A DNA stretch of 63,078 nt, the filler included, from Bipalium vagum (Eukaryota): NCBI GenBank assembly GCA_037834085.1. It is 3 parts of 3 records of this genome, joined end to end, with 100 filler letters (N's around TTAATTAATTAA, not from the genome) between each part and the next. Parts side by side here need not be neighbours in the genome. Positions count along the whole stretch, not along the records: positions 1 to 27,266 come from JBBMKC010096968.1; positions 27,367 to 45,168 come from JBBMKC010050585.1; 1 more part is not named here. One strand, written 5' to 3'. The notes under the pieces are model-generated. The model had not been told where the DNA came from. It was given only the letters and a program-made list of their open reading frames with translations, and did no database searches. Each line of letters begins with the position of its first letter. Position 1 is the stretch's first letter. The translations under genes and the position numbers were made by a program. This document shows, piece by piece, positions 15,160 to 27,772 of this stretch.

Positions 15160-17100
15160 TTACAATATTGGAAGAAAGATAGGAATACATCATACAACTC
15201 TATCTAGATCCTTTAAGAAATCTTTAGTTTGCAGATTATGAAATCGGTGACCTGGCAGCGGTAGAAAAAAGAGACTGCCGATTTTTAAAAAGACAAATGG
15301 AATTTTTGAAGCTCGACAGTTGACAAGGAAATTTAATGAAGAATTTAGAATTAATAATAATAATAATAGTCTTTGATGAAAAATTGAAAGTATTCGGAAA
15401 TGTTGGTATAAATAGCAGAAGATGAGAAGACAATTCAAGATTATATAACATTAACTGAAATATTTTCTGATATCGTAATAGTTGTGGCGGTTTAACCAGT
15501 TAAGGTATAGGATGACTTCAAAACTTCAAAAATAGTAATTACTTTTTCCTTTATATTATTTTTTTGCCCATTTTACTTCTATTTAGGGATTTTTACTTAT
15601 TTATTTTCTTTTTTGCCTGTAATTATTATTAATTTTTTTTCATTTTTAGTAATTTCCATTTGCTCTTTAATATTTTTTTAAAATACACAAATATATACAG
15701 TAATTTATTATTATTTTATTTATTTTATATTAATTAATTAATTAATTAATTTGCCTATTTATTTATCTATCAAGGATGATTTACAATATAATTAAAACAT
15801 TTTATTAACACAAATAAAATATATTAACACATAATTGTTTAAGGTTAATCACAAAATGTTTGTTCTATGGTTGGGGCATCTTCTGTTGACATGGCGAATT
15901 GGAAGATTTTGGTTGTCATGGTAGCATTGATTGTGGGGACATTTTGGGCGTTTTTAATGACTTGGTTGAGGGATTAACGACTCTGTTTGAACTGATGACA
16001 TTGATTGAGGGAGTCTCTACATTATTTTAAATTTCAAGACCACAATGCATTATATTATAGATCAAAAACAGTTTAAAATGGTTTTCCTAATGAAGGTATT
16101 CCTAATGAAAGTGCCTTATTACATAACTGAAATAAACAAGTAACATCGCAAACCCACTTGTAAAATTTGGATTTAGAGAAATAAAATTCTTTTCTTTATA
16201 TTATCGTCGCTGGATATGAAAAATGAAGTTTTTTAGCAATCATAAAACTTATAAATTAGGAGTTGAATCAGGTCACCCAATAACTTCAACCGCAAAAACT
16301 CAATTAATATGAAAAGAAGTTTTATTGTGAGTATGTTGATATTAAATAGGTATTATATCTATGGGTTTCTGAAACCAGGAAGACTATTACCGGTATGCAT
16401 TATGAAACTCAAGTAATGCATTCAAGTCAGGAACCCACAACAAAACTCACAGAATGGTCTGCCAGACATGGGAAAGTGATATTGCTATGTGACAACAACC
16501 GGTCCAAAAATGTAAAAGACAAAATTAAAAGAAATGAATTTGGAAGGACACCCGCCATACTCACCGGATTTTACTATATAATGATCACTTGTTCCGACCT
16601 CATTGATGCTTAAGGATGAACCGTTAACCGTGTTGAACAAAAAAAGTGTGGATTGATGTAACCAAGTGACAAAGGAGATAAACCTGAAATTTTAGTATGG
16701 GGTACCATATGCTTTGAATTCCCGTCACATCTTTTTTTTATCAGAGGTAACTTGAATGCTCTTTTATACATGGAATTTTGACATATTGAATATATTATAT
16801 CCATTAATAGAAATACATCCAGACAAAGTTATCAACAACATACCGCCAATGTAATAAAATAGTTTCTGGAAAAATCAAAAGTGAAGACAATAACTTGACC
16901 ATAATATTCACCAGATTAATCTCCAATTCAACATCATGAGTCGTGATCTACGGTTTTCTCTTGGTACATGTAGAATATTGGTTGAATTAAAAAATTAACT
17001 TCAACAAATATAGAAAGACATACTTCAAGGGAGAATAATTCTTCTAATTAATAGAATACCTAAGAGAATCAAAGATTGTGTCTTAAGAATTAATCACTAT
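15160..17100 (+). mobile_element. Cluster of Tc1 remnants (N-term about 15160-15345; catalytic part about 16620-17100) with an intervening mariner fragment (about 16150-16570)
   Basis: Tc1 HTH: GRKIGIHHTTLSR...PGSGRKKR. Mariner: FLYIIVAGYEK*, VILLCDNNRS, PPYSPD. Tc1 DDE region: ILVWGTICF...GNLNALLY...*P*YSPD*SPIQH. Confidence 0.6.
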
Positions 17101-17517
17101 TGATATCTCTCCATTTTTCCATATAAATTCATTTATTTCATGCAATTTGATCAAATATATTTGATAATTTTATTTGTTTCATTTTAATTATTTTTAGCGC
17201 TATGTTTTTATTAAAAATGATCGCATTTGATAATTTATTTTAAAACTTCAAAAACTGTAGATAAATTATAACTAATTAATTAAAATTTATAACCATGGTA
17301 TAAAACCTTTGTCTTTGGAATATGGCTGACTTTCAATGTTGACAATAACGAACTCAATTGTGTATTGAGTTCAGATGAACGTTTTGCTCCACAAAAAATC
17401 AATCGACTGTAACCTAATTAAAAATATTTTTTGTTTAATTGAAAAATAGCAAAATATTTTAAACAAAAATAATTTGGTTTCAAATAATTTCAATATAACC
17501 TTCAATAAAACTTCACA

Positions 17518-18615
17518 TTAAAAAGTTGTAATTGTAGAATGTCTCTTCTCTGAAGATTTAATGAAAAGCTTTGTGTTTTGTTCTTCAGATGAATATCCGT
17601 TGTCTATATTTGCAACTATGAACTTAAAAGCTTCTTTTACAGTTATCTTTCTATAGTAAATTTGTGAAACAAAAAGACTTCAGTTATTTTAATAAAACTA
17701 TATTTTAAATGTAGAGCAATACTTAAATTTTATTCACTTTCAATAGCGTATATTATAATTATAATTATTTTTTTTATTAAACAAATATACTTGTTCTCAA
17801 ATCGAGAAATTTAATGATTTTCGTTCAGAAAAGTCTAAATAAATATAAAATAAATATAAAATATTTTTTATATTTTATTCAAAATGTCGATATTTTGGTT
17901 ATTTTTCAAATTAGAATGTTTAATATTTTTACTTGTACAGTTTTCCGCAAATTACTTTTGCTCCCATTAACAATATAAAATCCGGTTTATTTTTAAATGA
18001 TGTTTCTATTAAAATTATTAAAGACTTTCTTAGAGGGTTTCCTAAGCTAAAATTTCACTTATTTAAAAATTATATTATTTTTTTCAGTATTTTATAGAAA
18101 AAACTAATAATAATCTCGATCATATAATTTTCATCTATTTAAAAATATCTTACTTTTTGATATTAAAATGTGGATATTCTATTTTTCATTTTTTAAAATT
18201 AGATTTTATTTTAGTTTCACCATTGAAAAAATTGTCAAACGAAACCATCAAAAGGGGAAACATTTCCAAAAATTAAATCTGTACTGTTGCAACTTTTCTG
18301 AATCTCAACATACTAAATGAAACAGGTTGTAACAAAATATACAAATGTTTCTGTGAAAACACAAAATAAACCCAGACCTTATTTTATTATTCTCAGTGAT
18401 ATCTAACATTGGAGCTACCCTCTCACATACAATAATCCTTGATTGTTGAGGTGCCAGCGGAAATATGGCAAGACCTGAAGTTTTCTAAAATAGTTGTTAT
18501 TTATGATGATACTGATCCTTCTGTCTACATTTGCAGTCAGTATAATTCTTTTTATTAACATTTTGAAAAATATTAACTAACCAAATTTTTTTTTCATATA
18601 ATCAGAAAATGATTT
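17518..18615 (-). CDS. Candidate 3' exons of an unidentified gene (18615-18582, 18474-18378, 17650-17518)
   Basis: Phase-compatible splicing gives KSFSDYMKKKFGLAIFPLAPQQSRIIVCERVAPMLDITENNKIRKITVKEAFKFIVANIDNGYSSEEQNTKLFIKSSEKRHSTITTF*. Acceptors are good (gtgtag, cttcag, ctatag) but one donor (GTCTGG) is weak, and no family was recognised. Confidence 0.35.
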
Positions 18616-19019
18616 CTACACAAAATTGTGACAAGAAACATTATCAGAATGAACCTAGAGAAAAATCGAAGTGAAAAGTAAATTAGACTATATACTGAGT
18701 TTTTTTTATTAGATATGGGAATTAGTTTCGATTGTTTTGCTATAGATTAATTACTATTATTATTGAGTAATGATATTTTTAAACAAGACAGATATATAAT
18801 TTAAAAACGCAAAAATCAGAATGGTAAAATACCAGGCCGATAACAAATAAACAATTAAAGTTGGCAATTTCATTACCTAGAAATTTCATACTACACAACC
18901 TGATATTATCGATTATTTATAAATATCGTGTATTTGTCATTTAAATAAAACTAAAAAGTAATATTGAATATATATAAGATATCAATAATTAATATTTGTT
19001 TTAACTGACTAAATAGCTT

Positions 19020-19826
19020 ATTTATTTAGCGAAAACAAAATCATACATAAAAAAACAGCATTTGTGATAATAACTTTTTTCGCAACAATCAGCAGTCCAA
19101 GTTCATAGATTAATGACATAAGCTTACGGCGAATATTCCCTCTACGAACCAATATGCCGAGAATGGTATTTACAGGTAACTAATTTTTGCATAGTATTAT
19201 AACTGGTGATGAAAAATGGTTGTGGTATAAGAATCTCAAGTGCAGAAAATTTATGGAAAAAATTTATAGAATCATCAAGATTAACTGTACAAAGATTGAC
19301 GAACAGAAGTAAAATGATGCTAAGCATCTGATAAACCAAGCAGGAGTAACGTACACTGAGGTTCTCAAACCATCGAAAATGTCGATATCAGCAGCAATTA
19401 CTCGATTTAAATCGAGTAATAAGTAATAAAGAATCACAATATGGCCTAAGACGTGATAAAATCATTTTGCAACACGATAATCCCAGACCACATCTTACAA
19501 AACCAGCTAAAGAAATATTGAAAAGACTTGTGTGGAAGGCTGTACCCTCCTCTACCGTGACCATCCGACTTCTACTCGTTTCGATCCATGTAGCATTCTC
19601 TTGCTGGACAGGCATTCAATTCCTATAAAGATGTCAAAAAATGGATGGATTAATAGAATTTTTCAAAGGATCAAGATTTCTTTTACCTCAGAATCATTTC
19701 TTTGACCGTAAGATGGACAAAAGTTGTAGCTTTCAACGGAAAATATTTTGACTGAAATGTTTTGCTACTTTTAAATAAACAACCTTATTTTTATAAAAAA
19801 CGATGGGAATTAATTCCTATACCTAA
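19020..19826 (+). mobile_element. Degenerate mariner (DD34D type), 3' two-thirds plus 3' TIR
   Basis: FLHSIITGDEKWLW, RDKIILQHDNPRPH, RWTKVVAFNGKYFD*; the end ...GGGAATTAATTCCTATACCTAA is followed by TA. The 5' boundary is approximate. Confidence 0.8.
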
Positions 19827-20399
19827 TATTAAACAACAAAGTATTTCGTCCCTTTCTGTATGTAATTTTAAATGATCTTATACAATTTTAAACAGTTATA
19901 TTGAATATATTAATTAGTTATCGCAGAAGTGGATTATTTGAAAGAAATTGTAGAACGAAGTAGATCCAATATTTATTTACAAAGAAGACCTTGTTGCAAA
20001 AATTGATGTGCTCTTTTCATATGAAACTTTATAAAGTCACACCATTCTTGGCTTGCATCGCTACCTGTGATAAAAAATAATTGGTTTTTAGAACAAGATT
20101 ACCATCATTTTTTAATTAGACCAACAGGTTGCATCATATCTTGATCAATATATTTACTGGTAAAACATTTAAAAATGGATTCATCAATCATTATTGGTAC
20201 TCCAACCGAAGAAAATTCCTTCTTCAGAGAAGATGATCTACCATTATTGTCATGTATTTAGTTACTTATTCCAAAACACCTTTTAAACCCTTTTAAATTC
20301 AAGAAAAATTGATTCATTGATAAAAATTCTGATTCAGTAATTTCCAAAAAACGTGAACAAATATTTATAACAGGACCTTATGACTAATATCTTAAAGTT

Positions 20400-20973
20400 G
20401 TTGGCCAACAGCACTGACATCTGCTAATATCCCCCATTTTACAAATTAAATAATCCTGAACTAATTAAGATATTCAGATATTTTGGTAAACTTTTTATTT
20501 CTGAACAAAGACAAAAAATAAAAGATTAAAAGAGGAAAATATATAAAAATTAATAAATTATTTTAAGGAAGAAACAAATTTTCTTGAAATTGACGAAACT
20601 GAAATTAAAGGAAAGAAATATGTGAATATATTATCTGGTACTATAAAAAATTCTTGTAAGATATTTGTGTTAAATGTAATACAGGTGGTCAATCTTTCCA
20701 TTGCCAATGAACTTATTTTGACATATTTAGGTAAGTATTTCTGCGGTAGAGCAAATATTTTCTATTTTAGGAAATCGGCTAACTAACCAAAGAAATTTTA
20801 ACAGCGATAATATTTATCACTATTTCTCACAATATGTATGCATTTGATGAATAAAGTAGATTACAATATAGTTTTTTTAAAAAAATTTTTAAATGCCACT
20901 TTTTAATAATGACATTTATTATAATTTTACTGAATAAATGCCATTTTTAAGTGCCATTTTTAAATTGACCTTG
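20400..20973 (+). mobile_element. Internally deleted hAT (CGGBP1/DUF659-like), same family as 50901-52832
   Basis: LTSANIP..KLNNPE, FLEIDETEIKGKKYVNILSG and the TGCCATTTT-rich 3' subterminal repeats align by eye with the copy at 51245-52832. Confidence 0.7.
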
Positions 20974-23811
20974 TTATTACGAATTTTGAATAAAGAGCCT
21001 ACCCTCATTGTCTAAATAAAAAAGACCAATGTCGTATGCAGGGCAAAAAGAGATACATGATAAAATCCTTAAAAAACACATTTATGAATGGATGTAGAAA
21101 TCGATTATATTGTTCCAAGACATTTTGCCATCTACCAGCAAATTTGAATATCCAAACCTTTAAATTGAATTAAGTTCTTTAAATTTAGATTTAAAGATAG
21201 GTATAAAAAAGCGAAAAAACTTTTGAAACAAACCAATACAAAAAATGCACAAGTTATTTTCGACTTAAAAAAATTACATCCTCATTCTTGCTTTATATTA
21301 TTTATGTTTTTATTCATATATTTTTAAAAAATTGCCACCATGTCTTAAATTTGGAAAACTGAAAAATCAACCGAAATAAGACAATATTGGTTCAAAATAA
21401 TTCAAACTCAAATTTCGCCAAGCCAACAGTGAAAAAAATCTGCGAATTACAATGGAAAGTGTTATATCTTCCATATTCTCTGGATATTCATCAAACCGAA
21501 TAGAGAATACACTGATGATAACATGGAAATCTTTTCGCTTCTGAAGATTCTCAGTTTTATAATAAAAAGATCTATAAAAATGGTTGACCGAATGTGATTA
21601 TTTCAATTGATAACATTTTATTTAGTTACATTTATTATAAATATTTTCATTATTAATAATAATATTCTTATATTATTTTTTTAAACTTATAATACAGGGT
21701 TTGTCATGCCATTTTGTAATTCAATTTTGTTTGAATGAAACTATTACAATTTCACTATTTTTAATTGAGAATAAAGTAAAAATAGGTCCAAAAACAGACT
21801 GAACATATCCGTGCTATTCGATTTTGGACTGATTGTGATTGTGAATTTACATTATAAGTCATAAACACAGATTACAAGAGAAGTATAATATTTCGGTTTG
21901 TGAGAAGACAATTGATAGATACATTGGTTCATCCTATTATTGAAATTAAAATGTATTGATGATTTCTGAAAGTCGCAACGATGAAAGATCGGCTCAAACA
22001 GGCACGGCTATGGTTTAAAAGTTTTCGGTTTACTTTATTTCTGTTTGCTGTGTGATAACTAAAATTGGCATAACAAAACAAAAAGTTTCAGAGTTCAATT
22101 TATTAACATTCTCAAAGTTCTTTAATGAACTTTTATAAGATACTGATTTAATATCTATTTCTAAGGAGGTAACATAATATTCTCCGTTCATGAACCCAAA
22201 TGGTAATTTTTGCCAACTAAAAGCTGTTTATAAGAACACTGTGCTTGACAGCAAACACCATGTCTCAATACACAAGCAATGATTGTGGTGGGTTTTATCG
22301 CACGATTTTATTTGTCTGCATAAATTTACTAACAAATTTGTTATTGTTAATGGTAGATAATTTTAACTTTTTATACGTCCAGGAGGTTTTTTTTGTTTGT
22401 TTTAATTCTTTCACGTATTTTTTACATGTAAATAGTATAACACTTCAGTAACAAAATTATATAATAAATGACGTATATGGAATTAAAAGGTACAGACTTT
22501 TTTGGTTACCGAGTATATAATTTTCTAATAACTAAATCACGAAAACTACTTTTGATTAACGATTGCAGAGTTCATTATCCTTTATTGACTTTCAGGAATT
22601 TTATTATAGATCGACAATGCAATAGATAGTTCCAATAAAAATATTCAAAGGAAATTTTATTATTGAAAAAATATTTTTTACATTAATCATTAATAACGAA
22701 TCATGATAACCTAAATGATTATTACACTCTTAAAAGTCTTCATTTTCAACTTGTATACCTTATACATACAAAATATATGCCAAAATATTTATACATTATG
22801 TATTTAACATAATGGTAAAGAGTATATGAAAGATGAAACAGGTTTAATTTGATCTATAGAATGGATTTTGGCAGTTTAATTTTGGTGTTCACTCAAGAAT
22901 AGGTCGTACCTGTTTTCTGTTTTCCTTGGGGTCTAAACTCAGTCCAAATACATGTCTTCAAGACACAAAAAGGTGAACCAACCAAATCGGAACACTTAAG
23001 CACGTTTAAGATACAAAATTAATAAAGACGTTAAGGTAACGTTAAGATATCTTCCATCTGTTCGAACTCAATTAAAGACCTTTTTGATCAATAAATTGGG
23101 TTCAATTAATCTAATTTATCTTTTTATCTGTCAATCAATGATATTATGCAAAATATATTTATCATAAGCCGATAAGATATATATACGTATATATCTGAGA
23201 AAATAAATGAATGAAATTTTATTTTTATAAACTCTTTGAATTATTTCTTCGAAATCTTATAGATTTCATAGTATATATATATATATAATTAAATATCAGC
23301 AAAAGTTATTATTTGGGAGTTGATACCATTCAGGTTAATAAAATGAAACGGACCTTAACTTTCCTTAACGTGTTTCAAGATACTGACATTGGTCTACTAA
23401 TGACGTAAAGAGCGAAATTTATTTTGAATGAAGATATTGTGAAGACTTGATGCTGTATGTATATATAAGTTCTAACTGACAATATCTCTTGAGTATTATC
23501 TCTAATCTCTGGGATTTCGATGACAAGAAAACCTTTTTTTACATGATTTGTTTTAATTTCCTCATATTTTGATCATGAATTTGGAGAGAGAGATCTTAAA
23601 AGGAATTTTCTATTTTCATATTATATTTATTGTTCAAAGACAAAAATCCTTTGTGTTGGATGACTTTTATTAACTTTTAATCAATATATATTTAAAATAC
23701 CTTTTCTACATTTTTCTCTGTAAAAATTAAATAAATATATTTAATTTTATTAAAAACTTTATTATTTATTTTATATAAACATTTATTCTACTTAAATTGC
23801 TTTTTCAGACT

Positions 23812-23817
23812 TTTATT
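23812..23817 (-). terminator. Putative polyadenylation signal (AATAAA) of the prohormone gene
   Basis: AATAAA on the minus strand about 73 nt after the stop codon. Confidence 0.4.
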
Positions 23818-23889
23818 AATTTTCGAACTACCAAAGTTAATGAAAACAATTTATATTGATAATATCACAAATTTTAAAATAAGTTGTTC

Positions 23890-24443
23890 TTAATATCTTA
23901 TTCCTCCCGTCAAATATCTTTTGTCCAGACCTTTCTTGTAGCGTATTCCTCCGGTTATATATCTTTGACGTTTAATCATTGAAGAAAAATCGTTTAAATT
24001 ATCCAAATCACTGTCGTACAAAGCCTAGTAAAAAAATTAATTCAATGTAAAATTTTAACAAAATAATAAATTTAATCATAAAATATGAATATTCCAACCA
24101 TTCGTTCTCCCAATCTTGGCAATGCTTCGCTAATAGAAACACTCTCAAAAATCAGAATTGTGACTAAAAAAAATAATCAGTGATAATTTATTTTCAATTT
24201 AATAAAAAAAGATAAATCGTTGACATAATGAGAGAAGATTATGCAAATGTATTATTCTAACAAATGTATTATTCTAATTGATTATTCTAACAAAGGAGTT
24301 CAACAGAAATTTCCATTATGACAATTATCTTATATTAAATCTTTTTATAAAATTTTTTTTAATTTTCCAAATTAGTAAAAATATGAAACATATAACAAAA
24401 CATTGAAGGCTGACTTACGGATAGAGGCAATCAATATTTTCAT
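23890..24443 (-). CDS. 1020HH: Neuropeptide prohormone, 74 aa, planarian 1020HH-like; exons 24443-24419, 24163-24099, 24024-23890
   Basis: Spliced: MKILIASILTILIFESVSISEA-LPRLGERMALYDSDLDNLNDFSSMI-KR-QRYITGGIRY-KK-GLD-KR-YLTGGIRY*. It has a hydrophobic signal peptide, an acidic spacer, and dibasic sites flanking two near-identical peptides. GT-AG introns of 255 nt (GTAAGT...TTTTTTAG, phase 1) and 74 nt (GTTGGA...TACTAG, phase 0). The family name comes from recollection of planarian YLxGG(I/V)R(Y/W) peptides and is not search-verified. Confidence 0.88.
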
Positions 24444-24477
24444 ATTTTCTACAAGTATTATAATTGAGAAGATTGAG

Positions 24478-24485
24478 TATTTATA
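24478..24485 (-). promoter_or_regulatory. Putative TATA box of the prohormone gene
   Basis: TATAAATA on the minus strand, 35 nt upstream of the ATG at 24443. The AT-rich background lowers specificity. Confidence 0.45.
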
Positions 24486-25022
24486 CTAAGATGATAAATA
24501 AAATATTTTAAAGAGCCAATTAGAATTTGAAATTCAACATTTATTATAACCAATAGGAGTTTTGTTTATATTGAAAATTTATTGTTAATTATGTTTGCTC
24601 TTTTCTATTTAATTAATATATTATTATTATTATTTTTATTGTTATTATTATTATTATTATTATTATTACATGTATCTAAATAAAATGTTGTTTATTGAAA
24701 TAATCTCATTCGGTCAACAATTTTTAAAGACGTCGTTTTTATAAAACTGAACCAACCTATATTACCAAAAATTGAATAAAAGGTATGCCGTTATACCTCA
24801 AAGATATTAATTCGAAAACAAAAATTATCAATTTAGTTATTGAAATCCTAACACATCCAGTACATATTCATGATATACAACTATCATATTTTCACCTATT
24901 TTAAGTAATGTTTACGTTCTTGAAAGGAAAAAAATTCTAGATAACAATAATTATATTTTATTAATATATATTTATATATATAATTTATTATCCAGATTTT
25001 AAATAATTATTAAAGAATTATA

Positions 25023-25253
25023 CAGTCCCCGCCAGAAGTCTTTGGCCACTATGTAAAAAAGCCTATTTTATCTTTTAGTTATTTATACTTTTTTAAATTT
25101 TTTTATTGATAAAATTTGATTAATGATTTAATAATATTTTGTAGAGAAATCTAAATACGATAGGTAAGGAATTATTGCCAGAAAAACTGGCTAAATCATT
25201 GCCCTACATGAAATAGGATTTTAAGAGTGACCAAAGACTTTTGGTGGCGATTG
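25023..25253. mobile_element. Tc1-type MITE, 231 bp
   Basis: TIRs CAGTCCCCGCCAGAAGTCTTTGGCCACT and revcomp CAATCGCCACCAAAAGTCTTTGGTCACT; TA on both flanks; no coding capacity. Confidence 0.85.
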
Positions 25254-25257
25254 TATA

Positions 25258-26020
25258 CCAGGTTGAGTCAAAAGTCATTAGCGATTTTATTCAATATATT
25301 CAATGACAAGAATAACAAAAAAAAATCACAATCATTCCTACTTTCTATTTCTATATTTATCGTGCTTTAAATCAATCATTAATATTTTTATTTAGAATTA
25401 CTTGAAAATAATGGAAGATGAAAATGTTTTTTATCTCATCGTTTATCTTTATTAATTCAGAAAAAGGAAAATGCAACTGAAGCGCACAAAAAATTATGTG
25501 ACGCATTCTGAAGTAACAAAAAATCGACGCGTAACAACTTAAGATAGGACAAGAACTTAATATTTACATAATTGGATATAAAAGCGATTAAAAAACTGGA
25601 ATATCGAAAAATCTTGATTTATAGATTTCGTATAATCTTAACGAAAGTAAATTAACCGAGTCCATTAACATATGTCATTTGCATCTGAAACGTAACAAAA
25701 CTAATTCATTTCTGAAACGATTGATAACTGGAGTTGACGAATGGATTAGCTATGATAATGTAAATAGAAAAAGATAGTGGTACGAGAAAGATGAATCAGC
25801 ACAAATATTAGGAAAAACAGGTATCTACCAAAAGAGGTTATGGTGGAAATATGATGACTTTAAAGGAATAATTTATTTTGATATATATTCATAAAATATA
25901 CAATTATTAATTATCAAAATTCAAATGTTTATATTCAACTAATTTCATATTTTACTAATCAAATACAAAAAATGTCCCTGAATTGACGAATCAAAAGGTG
26001 TCGTCTTTCACCACGATATC
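25258..26020 (+). mobile_element. 3'-truncated mariner (cecropia-like), directly abutting the MITE
   Basis: 5' TIR TA-CCAGGTTGAGTCAAAAGTC; MEDENVFY...NATEAHKKLCDA; FLKRLITGVDEWISYDNVNRKR*W; KGVVFHHD. Confidence 0.75.
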
Positions 26021-26540
26021 AAGAGTGCAATGCCAAGAATTCGTGGATAGCTTCTATAGTTTGGTATAGATTACTGAATAAGTGACTTTTAATGGTCTTG
26101 ATTTTATAAAATTAACAATTTGAATAAGTTGTTCCAGCATTATTTCTAATTTTGTTGGCGAACATTGTGAAATGAAGGCTTCCCAATGCAAAAAAAATTT
26201 TTGCATTTGTTAAGTCTCTGAAAAGTGGAGCTAAAACTAAGAGCTTAACGGTTAGAAGGTTATTTTTAAGCGTGATCTGAGTATGATTTTTAATTGACTA
26301 AGATAACTAAATGCTTTCAAATCTTTATTGATACTAAAAAAAATTTATCAACTTTACAAAACAAGAGTTATTGCTGTTCGAACAATCCTCTGTCAGAAAA
26401 CTTTCCCCGAGCTTAGGATTAATAAAAGGAAGGAAATCTTTTCGCACTGATAAAAATATCAGTGTCTCAAAAGCCCTCAAAGATAGGTAATTCACCACCC
26501 TAATTAGTGTATGAACTACAAAAATAAAAATATCTGTGAC

Positions 26541-26651
26541 GGAAGTGAAGGAACAAACAAAAACAGTTACTTGATTTTAGGGCTGAACCCTAACACTTAT
26601 TTAAAAGATGATTAATTAAGACAGTTGTGTAATTTTTTACAAATTACCAAC
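26541..26651 (+). repeat. Dispersed repeat, homologous (inverted) to 59385-59490
   Basis: GAAGGAA...TTGATTTTAGGG(C/T)TGAACC(C/A)TAACA(C/T)TTATTT...AATTACCAAC is shared with the reverse complement of 59385-59490. Confidence 0.7.
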
Positions 26652-27266
26652 TGTGGGGTGTTTTTAGAAAGTACTGTTAAATTTAGTTAAATTTATTCTA
26701 TAGTAATTGTGTAATTCTATGAAATTACCAATTACAAAATTAAAGTTTAATAAATAACAAGAAATAATATAATATAATGATAAAAGAAAATAATTTACTT
26801 TTATGCATAAGATATTAGCTGATTATGTGCTCTGTTGCTTTTATAGTACTGTTCAACAATCGTGGTGGGTGAATAAATTTTATGCAGGAATTTTCGTTTG
26901 CGTTAATGTTTTTCGTTACTGTAAGTAAAAGTGTGATTTTTTATTTTGTTTTTATATGCGCATTTTAATTGTTGTTTTATATTTATTAATATTTTTTTAC
27001 CATATATACATTTTTTTTACCAATATGTTGTTATACAGTCAACACTGTATAATTTCACATCCGTTAATTTCACTCTCGGCATAATTTCGCAAAAAGCTTT
27101 CGGGACATTTTTTTTCCTTAAAAATTTTAACAGAAACCTCTGTATTTTCACAAATTTCATAATTTCTCATAATTTTTCAAATATTTTATAAATAATTACG
27201 CAATATTTGTTTAAATAATCATTTTTAGTGCTATTTTAAAAATGAATGCTAAATCAACGAGAAAAA

Positions 27267-27366
27267 NNNNNNNNNNNNNNNNNNNNNNNNNNNNNNNNNN
27301 NNNNNNNNNNTTAATTAATTAANNNNNNNNNNNNNNNNNNNNNNNNNNNNNNNNNNNNNNNNNNNN
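27267..27366. other. Artificial gap spacer N44-TTAATTAATTAA-N44
   Basis: Exactly 100 nt with a six-frame stop cassette at 27311-27322; identical to the spacer at 45169-45268. Confidence 0.97.
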
Positions 27367-27772
27367 TATATTACTTTAAAAATTATTTTAAAAATATTTA
27401 TTATTTATTATTTAATATTAATTAAAATTTAATCCTTACAATTGTAAACAGTAAAAATGATATTATTCGTCTTTAAAAAGGAAAAATAAATAAATAAAAT
27501 TTTCTCATAAATGAAGAAATATTACTTTCAAAAAAGTTAAGAAGGGAGAACTGAATATTTTGTTAATTAAAACTAAATTAGAATAGAGACGGTTATAAGA
27601 CAAATGGGCGGAATTTATAAAGAGACAAAAAATAAATTAAAACTCATTTTCCCATGTTTTTCAAATTAAGTTTGTTCAGATCATACATGTATTATAATAA
27701 AGATTTCCAAAATATGAGCAAAGATCAAAATTGAAAACAAAAATTGATTGAATGAAGTCAAACCGTTTTCAG

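Noticed and set aside
20731-20770. Perfect-looking 40-nt GTAAGT...TTTTAG mini-intron
   Set aside because: It lies at the deletion junction of a hAT remnant, and most of it is homologous to the transposase AVERSFSML coding region; there is no host exon context.
27311-27322. TTAATTAATTAA palindrome as a biological site
   Set aside because: It is the core of a synthetic spacer repeated identically at 45213-45224.
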